Shown here: positions 11,420-23,887 of the stretch, in pieces | Position numbering within the stretch: position 1 is the stretch's first letter | How the letters are laid out: the number at the start of each line of letters is the position of its first letter | NCBI RefSeq assembly: GCF_006345805.1 | Contig: NC_043006.1 | Coordinates: forward strand, 7,068,001-7,132,000 | Length of the DNA: 64,000 nucleotides | Reading direction: 5' to 3' | DNA from: Octopus sinensis | Taxonomy: Eukaryota | Program-made: the position numbers and the translations under genes | The notes under the pieces: model-generated | Database searches by the model: none | Told to the model about the DNA's origin: nothing | The model's input: only the letters and a program-made list of their open reading frames with translations

Positions 11420-12603
11420 TTAAGGGATTCAAAGTCATACCGGTTTCGTCAATTGCTGTTCACTGACTTTGAATGCGCACCAATTACCAAACGGTGTCGG
11501 GTCTACTAGTCCCCGAGTAAAAAGATTATATGCAAGGGAGGTAAGTAATTCTGGATGTCGTGCATTTAGGGTAGATTTAATATTGTAATATGTATGGTGC
11601 ATGGAATGTATGGGAATTAGTGGTATTAATGGTAAGTTTAGTAGTGTTCTATATTATGTTATGTGTTCATGTTGAGTCGTAGATGATATTTGTTGATGGA
11701 AGTTGCTTCTTTATTCATTCTTTGCCTAACTGAGGTACTCTGTGAACAAAGGGAAATTTTGGAAGTTAGGATTAAGATTCCTAACACACCTGTCTATGTG
11801 TTCACTGACTTGTAACTGTCTGTATTGTGGGCAGCGGATTTTTTCTTCGACGGGGTGACACCCTGTTTGGCCAATATAATGATTACCGCACCCTAAGCAT
11901 GTAATGGTATAGATTAATATCGTAAATATTTCACGTTGTTTAAAGTGGAAATCTAAAAGTTGGGGCATATGTCACAGTCAGGCCAACCGCATTTTGTCAC
12001 TTTTGGTTCCGTTGTTAATGGCAATAGTCTTGCGTTGGTTAATATTTTTCAATGACTTCGGTTGCATTTTGATCTTGATAATTTTGTGTGAGCCTAAAGT
12101 TTTGTCCATTGTTTTGTCTCCTGTGAAAATGGGTAGATTTTGGATGACAATGTCGAAGGCTTCCTTGTTTCTAGGGTTATATGTGGGAGCATTTTTAAGT
12201 CTGGTGTAGTATTTCAGTTGACTTCCCTTAATGTTCCTATGTCTATTTCCTTTGCTCGTTGAATCCAATCATTTATTAATGATTTTGGGTAATGTCCCTT
12301 GATTAGTATTGATCTGAATTCAAGGAGTCTTCGTTCACGAGTGTTGGTGTCCGAAACTATGATACATATTCTTTGCGCTAGTTTATAAGGTATATTAATT
12401 TTTATGTGTTTGGGTTGACAAGAGTTGAATAATAGATATTGATTTGAATCTGTGGGTTTATAGAGTATGTCCTTTCGATGTGATCATTGGATTATTGACT
12501 ATTTTAATTAGGATGTCAAGAAAAGAAAGTTGCTTTTTTGCTATGGTCCATGGTGAATTGTATGTTGCTATTGATATTGTTGAGCATTATTTTGAAATCG
12601 AGG
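11420..12603 (-). pseudogene. 3' part of a Penelope-like retroelement (RT thumb, linker, GIY-YIG endonuclease), frameshifted
   Basis: Minus-strand translation LNNINSNIQFTM...LSFLDILI...YKPTDSNQYLLFNSCQPKHIKINIPYKLAQRICIIVS (12603 to ~12340), then LIYTITCLGCGNHYIGQTG (~11920-11865). This is the canonical PLE RT C-terminus plus GIY-YIG. Confidence 0.88.
11427..11474 (-). ncRNA. Hammerhead ribozyme remnant lacking the CUGANGA core, in the PLE 3' region
   Basis: attcaaagtca-gtgaacagcaattgac-GAAAC-cg-GTA-tgactttgaat: perfect 11-bp stem I, palindromic stem III (accggt) and a GUA site, but no core heptamer. Confidence 0.55.
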
Positions 12604-14466
12604 ATTATATATATATATATATGTGTGTGTGTTTGTGTATATACACATTTATACATATATGTATACATTTATATACATACATATATATATATATGTGTGT
12701 GTGTGTGTTTGTGTGTATACACATTTATACATATATGTATACAGTTACATACATACATATATATATATGTATATGAGTTTATGTTTCCCAGTATGTGTGT
12801 ATATGTATGTCTGTGTGCCTGTGTGTGTGTGTGGCTGTGTGTTTTCCTGTATTTGTGCATGTAGGGAGTTTAATTCTGCAACGGTTGCTACCCCTTTTGT
12901 GGATTTTAGTTAAAATGCACTAGCCATTAACACAGGCACTGCAAATTTTTAGTACATTCTTTAAAGCAAACACTTACATTTCGCTATCTTCTTCTATGCA
13001 ATCACTCTCAGACCACCTGCTTGAGTATTTGCTCTATGATATCCGTATAACTGATTATCCGCCGGACCCTTGAATAACTTACGCATTTAAACCTTCAATA
13101 GATCCCATTCTACAGAATCCTTGTCCTCTATACGGATGACTTATCATGCTCAGCACAACTCTGATTTCATCAGGATATGCTCAACATTAGGCACATTGTC
13201 AGGATGCAGGCTCGACAATGGCAGACATGGTATCGTTAAGGAATGTTCATAATAGATCATGATAATTTATACTACTGTTCATTAAGTAATATCTATGAAC
13301 TATAACTCAATGTCTAATATTTCAAAGAACATGTGTTAGGCGTCTAGACGTGTATCAGTACATTCAACTCAGTTTATACAGTTGCGAACAACTTGAATTG
13401 GAAAGAGATATTGCCTAGAATACTGTAACTGTGTTTTTATGTTTTCTTTTCTCTCACATATAGAGTGGGATTTTCTATGACTAGCAGATTCGGTTGTTTA
13501 TTTTTTATCTACTGAATTACAGGGCGCAGAAAGAAAGAGAGAAAGAGAGAGATATAGAGAAAGGGAGAGAGAGAGAGATGTAGAGAGAAAAAGAGAATGA
13601 GAGAAGTATATATTCAAGATTTTATTGAAAGAAAAAACTATCAACTGGTGTAATTCCCAAATGATGTTTACATTTACATACAATGAATCTCTCGTTCAAA
13701 ATCTCCGATCCGCAGCAAAACATTCCTTCGTATATATAACACATGTAATCAATTTTAAATAAATAGACTAATAATGTACAATTTTGTTCTTTTTTTTCAC
13801 TTTGTAGGTCAAATTTTGCTTACTGAATGATGCCTTTAAATTTGTGACACGAATACTATGAATACGCCATTTGTACATTTGAAGCCAGTAAATATCTCTC
13901 AGACTACATGTGCACATAATATGTATAGGTTGTATTATTTTTACAAACAGCATCAGACTGTGCAAGAAATACACCAGAATGAGAAAATATTAATTCCTGT
14001 TGCAAATAAAAGAATGAAATTATTTGAGATATATAATTCACAATTAGAATAATATATGAAATAAGGAAAGCTTCTAACAATGCAGAGATGAAACTGGAAA
14101 AAGCTTTTATATATTTCGGGCGCAGAGTCTTCTCTTCAGCAGAGTAGAGTCAAAGAAATGAATGTCTACGTAGATGCTGCCATTTGGATGGCCATATGTA
14201 CAGTGACCCTGCTTTAGCCCAGTGCTAATGCTAGTAACAGCAGCTCCCCAAATGATGGTGTTGCTTGTGGTGTAGAGGTCAGACTGAGGATGATGCTGGA
14301 AGACTGGTTGCGGGTTAGCGGCAGTGGTGCTGAATGCTGTGGTTGTAGCCGGTCGTCGTAGCAGTGGGAAATAGTGTGCTGGTAGTCAGTGATGGCGTTG
14401 TCTACATTGGTATTGTTAGCAATGGTCGTAAATGTCATGTTAGCAATCGGTGGCATTGGTGGAGAC

Positions 14467-14828
14467 AAGGGGGCGAGCTGGCAGACTCGTTAGCACGCCG
14501 GGCGAAATGCTTAGCGGTCGACTTCACCTTTCGTCCTTTCGGAGTCGATCAAATATGTACCAGTTACGCACCGGGGTTGATATAATCGACTTAATCCGTT
14601 TGTCTGTCCTTGTTTGTCCCTTCTGTGTTTAGCCCCTTGTGGGTAGTAAAGAAATAGGTATTTCGTCTACTGCTACGTTCTGAGTTCAAATTCCGCCGAG
14701 GTCGACTTTGCCTTTCATCCTTTCGGGGTCGATCAAATACGTACCAGTTACGCACTGGGTTCGATATAATCGACTTAATCCGTTTGTCTGTCCTGTGTTT
14801 ATCCCCTTGTGGGTAGTAAAGAAATAGG
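14467..14828 (+). mobile_element. SINE family B (tail B1) nested/tandem dimer
   Basis: Head to ...cttagcGGT (14518), then a 5'-truncated unit cgactt...gaaataGGT (14519-14659), then the missing atttcgtct... continuation to a second B1 tail. Confidence 0.85.
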
Positions 14829-14829
14829 C

Positions 14830-15460
14830 ATATGTCCCTGTAGGGGTCGTTGAAAAGATGCTGATTGCCAACCGCATCATTCCGCGTCGCAACATGCGAG
14901 GGGGGTGCCGGCAGCTGGCTGTGGAGGTGGCGAACATGGTGCCGGTAAGTAACATTACCAATCAAGCCATAGTAATGAGGATGCCGGTTGTAGTCGACTC
15001 GTTGTAGGAGCGAGGAGCAATGATTGGCCATCGGCCTAACTGTGATCGAGTATTTGTCTAGAGGTTACGATGGTGGATTTTAAGTCTTCCTATCTGTGGG
15101 CAGCGTCTATCTCTTTGGCTGTGTTGCCGCATTTCAGTAAGTGCTTTCAGACGCGTTGGTAGTCAGGTGTCCTTCAGTCGGATGTTGTTGTTGTTGTTGT
15201 TGTTAAGCAACAAGACGGGTAAGGGTGATTAGGTGATGGTCTAGGGCTTAGGTGTGAGAGACACCAAACCTTGGAAAAAAACTTTGGGCGTCTTGTTGTT
15301 GTCGAGTGCTCTTCGTTGACGCTCGACACGACTGGGATGTAGCCCTCAAAGCCGCTGGAAATGGAGATCTCCAGGTTCAAATTCTTGGACGGCTTCAGTT
15401 GGATGTGGAAAGTTGGGCGGTACTACCGATGTAAACGTCGCATAATTTTGCGAAATTGCT
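14830..15460 (-). pseudogene. GC-richer degenerate coding relic, possibly LTR-retrotransposon gag-like (continues 14214-14466)
   Basis: A stop-riddled minus frame PTEAVQEFEPGDLHFQRL*GLHPSRVERQRRALDNNKTPKVFFQGLVSL loosely recalls the Ty3/gypsy gag ERxRRLLD..GDRKPS motif. Weak. Confidence 0.3.
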
Positions 15461-16314
15461 TTGTATAAGACTAGCTTATTCATGTAAACTGCACGTACCT
15501 AATGGTGAGAGGCATTTTCCGATTTTCTCATAGATTAACATTTTCCGTGTTCGAATTAAGTTTCAGCTTCTACAGTCCAATTCCCTCAATACTTGTCAGG
15601 TATTAGTGGATATATGGAAATCTGGGAAATAGGTTCCACATTGAAGAGGTAATATTCCTCACAACTAAAGAACCACGATTGTCTGTGTCCAATTGAAATT
15701 TAAAAGCTTAAACTCTTGACAACGTGTTTGAGTTTTTATGCAACATGTATATTTTAAACATAACAGAAAAGTCGGCAATTTATGATGATCAACGGTTCAA
15801 CATTGGATCAATCAAGTGTCAACAATGCTTTAATCTCCTCATGCAACGGCTGATTCAGTGTCAGAATTTAAGAACGATAGTTTTTCATGAACCATAATCC
15901 AATGTTGATTGGACGTAGTAATTCAAATTTCATTCGATGTTTAATCGAATTTGAAATCTCAGATGGATAGCAATTGTTAATTAACTAAAACTGATTTCTG
16001 TTCTCATCACTTTCCTCCAACAAATGTTTGACATTCGCTATTTTTTAGACGATGGACGGCAAATAAATTGTTATCAATCGGTTTTCTTATTCGCTCTACA
16101 CATGGCACCGGCTCCTATGATATATTCTTTGTTAGAACTTCTGTATATAAAAATGCTTTAACTTGAGCGATATACCATAATTATTAGTAAATATATTTCC
16201 TTTGTGATAAGTATTAACGATAACCTACACCACATACACACAACTACTCAAAACTAGACACGCACATATATGCATACGTACATAAATGCATGTATATATA
16301 CGAGTGCTTGTACG

Positions 16315-16375
<61 letters not shown>

Positions 16376-16377
<2 letters not shown>

Positions 16378-16552
16378 TAATCCAAACAAGAAAGCACAAA
16401 AAAACACAACAATGCGAGGACGTGGAACAAATATAGTATTATTGGACGCTCAAGAAAGAAGGAAAGAAGGAGGGTTTAACGTTTCGAGCGGAGCTCTTCG
16501 TCGGAAACATAGGAGAAGGAAAGATCCAGAGAAGGGAAGACAGAGGAAAAAA
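16376..16552 (-). mobile_element. Family E copy
   Basis: Reverse-complement homolog of 5548-5708; abuts (TA)n. Confidence 0.8.
16474..16508 (-). ncRNA. Minimal type I hammerhead-like motif (U4C variant)
   Basis: gttt-CCGACGA-a-gagc-tcc-gctc-GAAAC-GTT-aaac: stems I and II are paired and stem III is the palindromic ACGT. Confidence 0.6.
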
Positions 16553-17653
16553 AATATTGTTTGTTATGATATCTAGCCAAATATGAAATCAGTCATGCAC
16601 AATAATTTTAAATCGAGTGTCACTTTATTTTTTTGTTTTCGAGTGAAGTTTTTCAATGGCTAAACTACATCAGTTTGGCTTCATCGACTTATTTTGTTTC
16701 TATTTCGTCTAGTACGTTCTGCAGAATATGTGCAATTACGAACTGAGTTATTTTGTTGGTTTCTGGTGAGGATTATTATGCGCTTGACACTGATTTGTAT
16801 CGCGTTTTCCTTCTGTTATATTATTGCAGCAGAACTTTATAGGATATGCGGCGTATGAGTTGTTAGTGCCAACGTGTTGGATATCGATTTTGTAAGACAA
16901 TGTGGTTTTATTCAAGTGGATGGTGATTGTGTCGATTAAACATTGTGCTAGATTACCTTTCGCTGATGCTGTAGCATAATGCCGTGTGCGGAATAATTAT
17001 TGCGGTTTGATTTTTTTACCGTAAGGTATGTGCAGAAATTGTACGTTAGTGTCGTGGTTTTTGAACAGTCAGGCTTTCTCCCCTGCTTCTTCACTATCTT
17101 AATGCATTTCAATTTCTGTTATTAACTTACGTCCATGTTAAAAATTTTGATTAGAAGTTTGGAATTTTATCATCTTGTTAGGCCTTCGTATCGCCTATTT
17201 TTCTTAGAGGCTAGGATACTTCATGTGTTGATATTCCCTCAACCGATCACGGCTTAATCCGTTTTCCGAGAATAATCTTGTCCGTATTTATTTTTCAACG
17301 AAAATCGTAGGTTGAAGTCGCATCTGCATTGACTGCTATTTCATTTTTATCGAAAAAAATTTGCTTGATTCAGTATGAAATTTCGTTATTGACTTCAATA
17401 TAAAATTGAGTGAACTTTAATGTTCTCTCATCTTCTCTGTTTGTTTCGATCTTCAGCGCTACATATATTGTTCCATTTAATCTTAGGACGCTGTGCGCGT
17501 ATCACTTTATATTAAAAGGTGTCTTCTAAGTTTGTTCTTTGATATTGTTGCTGCTATGTTTTCGTTGAACTTTATTAAGTTCTATGCAAGAGTATGTCCT
17601 ATATCCAATGCAAATGTATAGGAAGTCTACTGTTATGTTTTAATCTGTAATTA

Positions 17654-18893
17654 TTAGGTCGTCAAGTATGAAATTTGTATATGGTAAAATTTGGCAGCTG
17701 CTCATTTTGCGCCATTACTATATTTTCACAATCTTTATTTTTTGTTAGAAATCTGACACATCTATTTCCTTATTCTATATCATTTTGCTCTTTATAAAGT
17801 ATTTATAAATTGTTTTCCGCTATTTTTGTTTAGAGATGGATAAGTCGGAAATTCGTCCATTTTTGAAATAAGAGTTCTTTCTTGGAAATACAACATCACA
17901 GACAGCTCGGAATATTAATGGAGTATTTCATTCTAATATAATTACACAGCAGACAGTATCAAATTGGTTTGCAAAATTTCGTTCTGGTAACTTTGACCTC
18001 ACAAATGAGCAACGGGGTCGACCAGAAACAAAGATAGATAAAGACGAACTATCGTCGCGTCAGATCCTTCTCAAAGTGTCCGTAACTTATCGTTGTTGCT
18101 TGGTGTTAGCATGCAAACAATATTGACTCACCTAGTTCAAATCGGTAAAGTGAAAATGTTGAATAACTGGGTTCCACATGAACTCAATGAAAATCAGTAA
18201 CAGCAACGTTTGGAATCCTGCATTATGCTACTTTCTCGTCACAAAAATGAATCATTTCTTAATCCAATCGTAACGTATGACGAGAAATGAATCCAATACA
18301 ACAACCGTAAACGTTCAGCACAATGCGTGGACAAAGACGAGCCTCCAAAATACATCAAAAGAAGCTGATGGTGTGGGTTTGGTGGTCTGGCGCAAGTGTA
18401 ATCCATTATGATTTCATTAAACGTAGCTCATCAAACATGGCCGAAGTATACTACAGCCATCTGGCACAAATGATGCAGAAATTTACAGATATATCCTAGA
18501 TTAATCAACAGATCCACTCCTATTTTATTGCAAAACAATGCCAGACAACACATCGCAAAAATAACACTGGCTAAATTACAGGAGTTGTAGTTGGAAGTTC
18601 TCCATTATCCACCATACTCACCTGATCTTGTCCCCACTGATTACCACTTCTTCCAGAATTTGGATACATTTTTGATAGGATAAAAAATTTGATTTCAACG
18701 ATGCTGTAAAACAGGCCTTCCAAGATTTTAGTGACTCTAGATAGCCAGGCTTTTACAGTTCCCGGCTGGACAAACTATCACTGAAATGGCAAAAGAGTAT
18801 TGACAATATGGGTGAATAAAACTATCCATTGTATTCACAAAACATTAGCAAACTTGTTTTTCTTTTCTACACATTTCATACTTGACGACCTAA
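17654..18893 (+). mobile_element. Full-length mariner DNA transposon (Hsmar1/cecropia-like), 1240 bp
   Basis: 26-bp TIRs ttaggtcgtcaagtatgaaat(t/g)tgta with 1 mismatch; TA target duplication at 17652-53 and 18894-95. Confidence 0.95.
17836..18819 (+). pseudogene. Mariner transposase pseudogene
   Basis: MDKSEIRPFLK*EF...WFAKFRSGNFDL..RGRP, WVPHEL, IVTYDEK*, PPYSPDLVPTDYHFF; several stops and frameshifts. Confidence 0.95.
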
Positions 18894-19625
18894 TATCTCA
18901 TTCTTTCGTTAATACGTTATAACTTACGCCTTTAATATCCGCTGGTCTCCAATCGTCTTCATAATTCCAGTAATTTACGTTTACATTATAAAAATGTTGA
19001 AATTTCCAGAGATGTGAAATTAATTATTTTGTCGGAGAATTGGGAAGTCAATAGAGAAGGCTATAAATAACAGCGTGCAGAATACCGAGGTAAAAATCTA
19101 TTGGGTGGACAAAACTTGGAGGCTTCGCGTGATACTCAAACTCACGTCTTTTGTAAAGATGATAGACGTTCTAACCACTATACGATGTCATCAGATTTTC
19201 TTCATCCATTTGAGAAGATTTCATGATGTTTAAATTTTCTTCATCTATTTGAGAAGATTTCATGATGTTTAAATTATAGGAATTTAGAAATTTCGAGAGA
19301 TATGAAATACATTCTTATAATGCTAAAATACTGCCTAAAATTCTCAATAGTAAAAACAAAACGCCTGTAATGGATGGAGAAATGTGAAGTGTCGCTTTGG
19401 TATGACGCTGAGTACATGGACCACGTTTACAGAAGATGTTTCCTAGTCCCATGTGAAGCATTCGACTTTTGTCAATCGAAAGTGTTTGTAACCCAATAGC
19501 CTGCACTCTATAATTGATAGATTTATCCACTTTGAGCTCCTCCCTTTTATTTACAATATTGTTTGTGTTTATCTGCCTCGAAATTTGCAATCAAAATTTT
19601 AAAGGAATCTTCAGTATACAATTCG

Positions 19626-19859
19626 AAGGCGACGAGCTGGCAGAATCGTTAGCACGTCGGGCGAAATGCTTTGCGGTATTTCGGCTGCCGTTACGTTGTG
19701 AGTTCAAATTCCGCCGACGTCGACTTTGCCTTTGATCCTTGCGGGGTCGATAAATTAAGTACCAATTACGCACTGGGGTCGATGTAATCGACTTAATCCG
19801 TTTGTCTGTCCTTGTTTGTCCCCTCTGTGTTTAGCCCCTTGTGGGTAGTAAAGAAATAG
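19626..19859 (+). mobile_element. SINE family B, tail B1, full length with TSD
   Basis: A box tggcagaatcg, B box gagttcaaattcc; TSD gtatacaatt at 19614-19623 and 19860-19869. Confidence 0.92.
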
Positions 19860-20716
19860 GTATACAATTTGCGTCTTTATATTTTGTTATTTGCGTTTCA
19901 TTTCATATAACCCTATGCGTCCTATTTTGATTCATGACTTCTTTCTTGCATAAGAATTTATTTCCTTCATTTACCTTGTATGCTGCTATTCAAAGACACG
20001 TTTAGATTCAGGATGTTTTCCCTCAAAGACACGGAAAAAGGTGAATGCAGTAGCGAAACATTTGTTCTGTCTCATCTTTCACTATGTTTTACTTTTGAGA
20101 ATTGAGAAAGTAAAGTGGATCCTTTATTTAGTTTGTCCAAACATACATTTCTTATTGTTGAAGCAGAAAGATCGCATAGAGTGCGTTCAGCCCAAAGGAA
20201 TCCAAAAGGCAGAGAAATAGAGAAATCATGAAACAAAAAGATGCATTTTATTTCTTCTTGGATGCTCTTTTTTTGTGCAACCGATTGTAAATCTAAGCAC
20301 ATCAAAATAAAATATATCATCGCCTCTTCAGTTTCAGAACTTAAAAACAAAAAGATTATTCGCATTGCCGCAAACATATGGATTACAACAAAATGATGCG
20401 ATATTGAGGAGATAGATGCTGCTTACACGTAGCATATATCAAAAAAAAAGAGGAAAAGGAAAATGTGAAACAGACAAAGTAGATTTGACACCTACACCTA
20501 ACAGTTCATACGTGTACAGTCATGCTAGAACATTGTGCATATGATTCCAAAATATGGTAGAGGAGAGGTTTATGTTGGCGGTATGCTTTGATCAAACCTA
20601 ATGATGGCTTCTCAAATGATGTTAGGGTTCATTGCCCTTATTTTTTTTATTATGATAGCATTCATTTATTTATTTACGGAAATGTTCTCCATAATTTTCT
20701 GTAGTATCACCATCAA

Positions 20717-20763
<47 letters not shown>

Positions 20764-20810
20764 CCGTCATCTTCTTCATCTCTCCCTCCTCTTCTACTGC
20801 TTCTTCTCCG

Positions 20811-20841
<31 letters not shown>

Positions 20842-20874
20842 ATTATTATTATTATTATTATATTATTATTATTA

Positions 20875-21273
20875 TTGAGTGAAAGAGCAATGCATGCCAT
20901 CAAAGTAAACCTGTAGTAAAATATACGAAGCCCAGAATACCCACCATCACCAACCATCTGATAAGGGTACACCAGGCATATGCATCGCAACCATATGTGC
21001 CCGACTCAAATCCCAAAGAATTACTCTCAACACATGAATATGATGCTCGCCCACTACTTCTTCCCGTGATCAGAGATGCACACATTGCCAGTCACTGGGG
21101 GACATACTCAACTGGTTAAAGTCAAACAACTGACAAGCAAATATGTGGTATGGAGCAGATATTCGCTGTAGGTCATCTTTGCTATCAAGACAAAACTATG
21201 TAAACGATAACACTTCCAATCAGTTAAGATCAAAAGCCATGAAAACTACTGCCTGGTACAGCATCAGGGCATT
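20875..21273. mobile_element. Element X, second copy (inverted relative to 8571, ~190-bp internal deletion)
   Basis: Colinear with the reverse complement of 8571-9127 except for the central block; flanked by (TTA)n. Confidence 0.85.
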
Positions 21274-21301
21274 ATAGCAGAATATTTGCTGTAGTCCTGT
21301 G

Positions 21302-21381
<80 letters not shown>

Positions 21382-21383
<2 letters not shown>

Positions 21384-21652
21384 GCGGCGAGAGCTTGCAG
21401 AATCATTAGTACGTCGGACGAAATACGTAGCGGCATTTCATCCATCTTTTCATTCTCAATCCGAATTCAACCCAGACCGACTTTGCTTTCCATCCTGTAC
21501 GGGTTCTATGAAATAAGCACCAGATGTGTATTGGGGGTCAATATACCCCATCCCCAAAATTTAGACATAATGCCTTTAGTAAAAAGGATCATTATTATTA
21601 TTATTATTATTATTATCATTATTATTATTATTTATTATTATTATTATTATTA

Positions 21653-21688
<36 letters not shown>

Positions 21689-21942
21689 TATTATTATTAT
21701 TATTATTATTATATTATTATTATTATTATTATTAAGCGGCGAGAGCTTGCAGAATCATTAGTACGTCGGACGAAATACGTAGCGGCATTTCATCCATCTT
21801 TTCATTCTCAATCCGAATTCAACCCAGACCGACTTTGCTTTCCATCCTGTACGGGTTCTATGAAATAAGCACCAGATGTGTATTGGGGGTCAATATACCC
21901 CATCCCCAAAATTTAGACATAATGCCTTTAGTAAAAAGGATC
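21382..21942 (+). repeat. Tandem duplication (352-bp period) of a diverged family B2 SINE plus (ATT)n
   Basis: 21384-21590 and 21736-21942 look identical by eye. Confidence 0.9.
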
Positions 21943-22012
21943 ATTATTATTATTATTATTATTATTATCATTATTATTATTATTATTATTATTATCATTA
22001 TTATTATTATTA

Positions 22013-22060
<48 letters not shown>

Positions 22061-22276
22061 CATTCAGTAGTTTTATTTTTTATAGCGTGCTTTCACTTCA
22101 CTACCGAGCGCAGCTCTGTGTGCCTTGGGTATGTGCTGTGATTTGTTGTGATGCTCTGATGGTTATTGTATGGAAAGTGTTCTGCGTAGGATGTGTGCAG
22201 TGCCTAGTAGTGCAATTTTCTGTATGTTATATGTGTTTGTAAGTCCTGGTGTTTTTGTTATGTATTTGTCTGAATA

Positions 22277-22279
<3 letters not shown>
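22061..22279 (-). pseudogene. 3' end of an R4/Dong-clade (restriction-like endonuclease) non-LTR retrotransposon
   Basis: KYSDKYITKTPGLTNTYNIQKIALLGTAHILRRTLSIQ* (22279-22163) matches the QKxxLLGTAxILR C-terminal motif. A 100-bp UTR follows, with (TAA)n on both sides. Confidence 0.8.
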
Positions 22280-22352
<73 letters not shown>

Positions 22353-23671
22353 AGTAGTAGTAGTAGTAGTAGAAATTATTGCGTTTCAATATATTATATA
22401 AGTTTATTATCATTTGGGCTTTGTGTTGGTGATGTTTCAAATAGTATTATCGTTTTAAAAGGTCGGGATATATTTGTACAACTTGCTGTATTATGCAATT
22501 TGCTTTGTGATTGAGTTCTTGTGCTGCTTTAATGTTATTTATATTTATTACGCGAGCTTTTATAAAATTTGAGACGATTGTGTATGATCTTTAATCTGAT
22601 AGCTATGTGAGTAAAACGTAAGGAGCGCTACGTTGCTTTGTTTTCATTTTTATGATATTCTATGTTTTTGTTATATATTTTCGTACCTAGCACATCATTT
22701 ATGATCGCTAGGTTTTCACTCTCTTACTAGTTTATTCCCATTTTGAAGTACTTTTATTTTATAATGCTTCTGCTTGTTTCCAAGAGATGTCAGCAACACT
22801 TTAGGAAATTAGAAAAATATTTTTTTTCATAAACTGCAGGAAATGTGTGGCAGATGACGTTATTTTATATCTGAAATAGTCCTACGACTGCAAATATAAC
22901 ACATGTGCAAAACTAATTTCCGCTGTCATAAAATAATTATGGACGTTTGTATTACAAAAACCAACTATTTTAAACTCGAATACTCTTTTATGTCTTTCAA
23001 TTGTCATACGTATTATAAATTATATATGATTACAAATGATGAAGTCTACGGGAGATAAATTGTTGCTATCAAATAAGCAAGGTATGCGAAGCTCCTGGTG
23101 GACTTTATCAGGTCTGCATTTCAAAATTTCCTTGAAATTAATTAATTTCCTTTATCAAATTATTCAGCTCTGCATATATGTCGCATTGTTTAGTCTCCTA
23201 TATTAAAAAAATTGTAGTTTCACAATAAATTTTATTTGCATTCTATAAAATTGTTAACAAAAGTCATAGTAAGGTATCTACCAGTTATTTACAGCGTTGA
23301 TTCCAGGGATTACGGTAGTTTTGTTGTCATTTAAGCTTATACTAAAATGAGATATATATCTTAAATTACCAATTTATTTTTTTCTACTGCACTAGAACTT
23401 GTTTCATATAAATATTGTTGAATTTTAAAACACACATCTTGCGCTTGATATTTAACAACAGATCAGCTCCGCGTGGGGCAACTTACGATCAATCTTAAAC
23501 TTTTGTATAGCAAGCGGTGCATAATGCTATAAATTGTTCATTTAAGCTTTATTAGATGTGCAAAGATGTAAAGGGGGTGCTAACTAATTGGTTTGCTAAT
23601 TATGTTGATGTCCAGCTTCAAGTGTTTTTAATGTTTGATATTTTTTGGTCGGTTATTTAATCAATTACGAC

Positions 23672-23887
23672 GGAGGCGAGCTGGTAGAATTGTTGGCACG
23701 CCGGGCAATATGCCAAGTGATGTACGGGTATCGCCTGCTTTTACATTCTAAGGTCAAATTCCGCAGTGGACAACTTTGCCTTTCATCCTTTCGGGGTCAA
23801 TAAATTAACTAGCAGTGAAACAATGGTATCGGTGTAATCCCCTCCTGCAAATTTTCAGATTGTGTGCCTTTAGTAGAATGGATTATT
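23672..23887 (+). mobile_element. SINE family B, tail B2, diverged
   Basis: ggcgagctggtagaattgttggcacgccgggc...gcctttcatcctttcggggtc...tgtgcctttagtagaatggatt. Confidence 0.8.

Noticed and set aside
16560-17650. Possible decayed LINE endonuclease region on the minus strand, split by the mariner
   Set aside because: Only vague motif echoes (ITGIMKT..W; QFYIEV) amid many stops; not supportable without an HMM search.
19514-19735. ORFs ending ...ELAESLARRAKC...FKFRR (also 14364, 21524, 36439, 40333)
   Set aside because: Recurrent peptides are read-throughs of SINE B, not a gene family.
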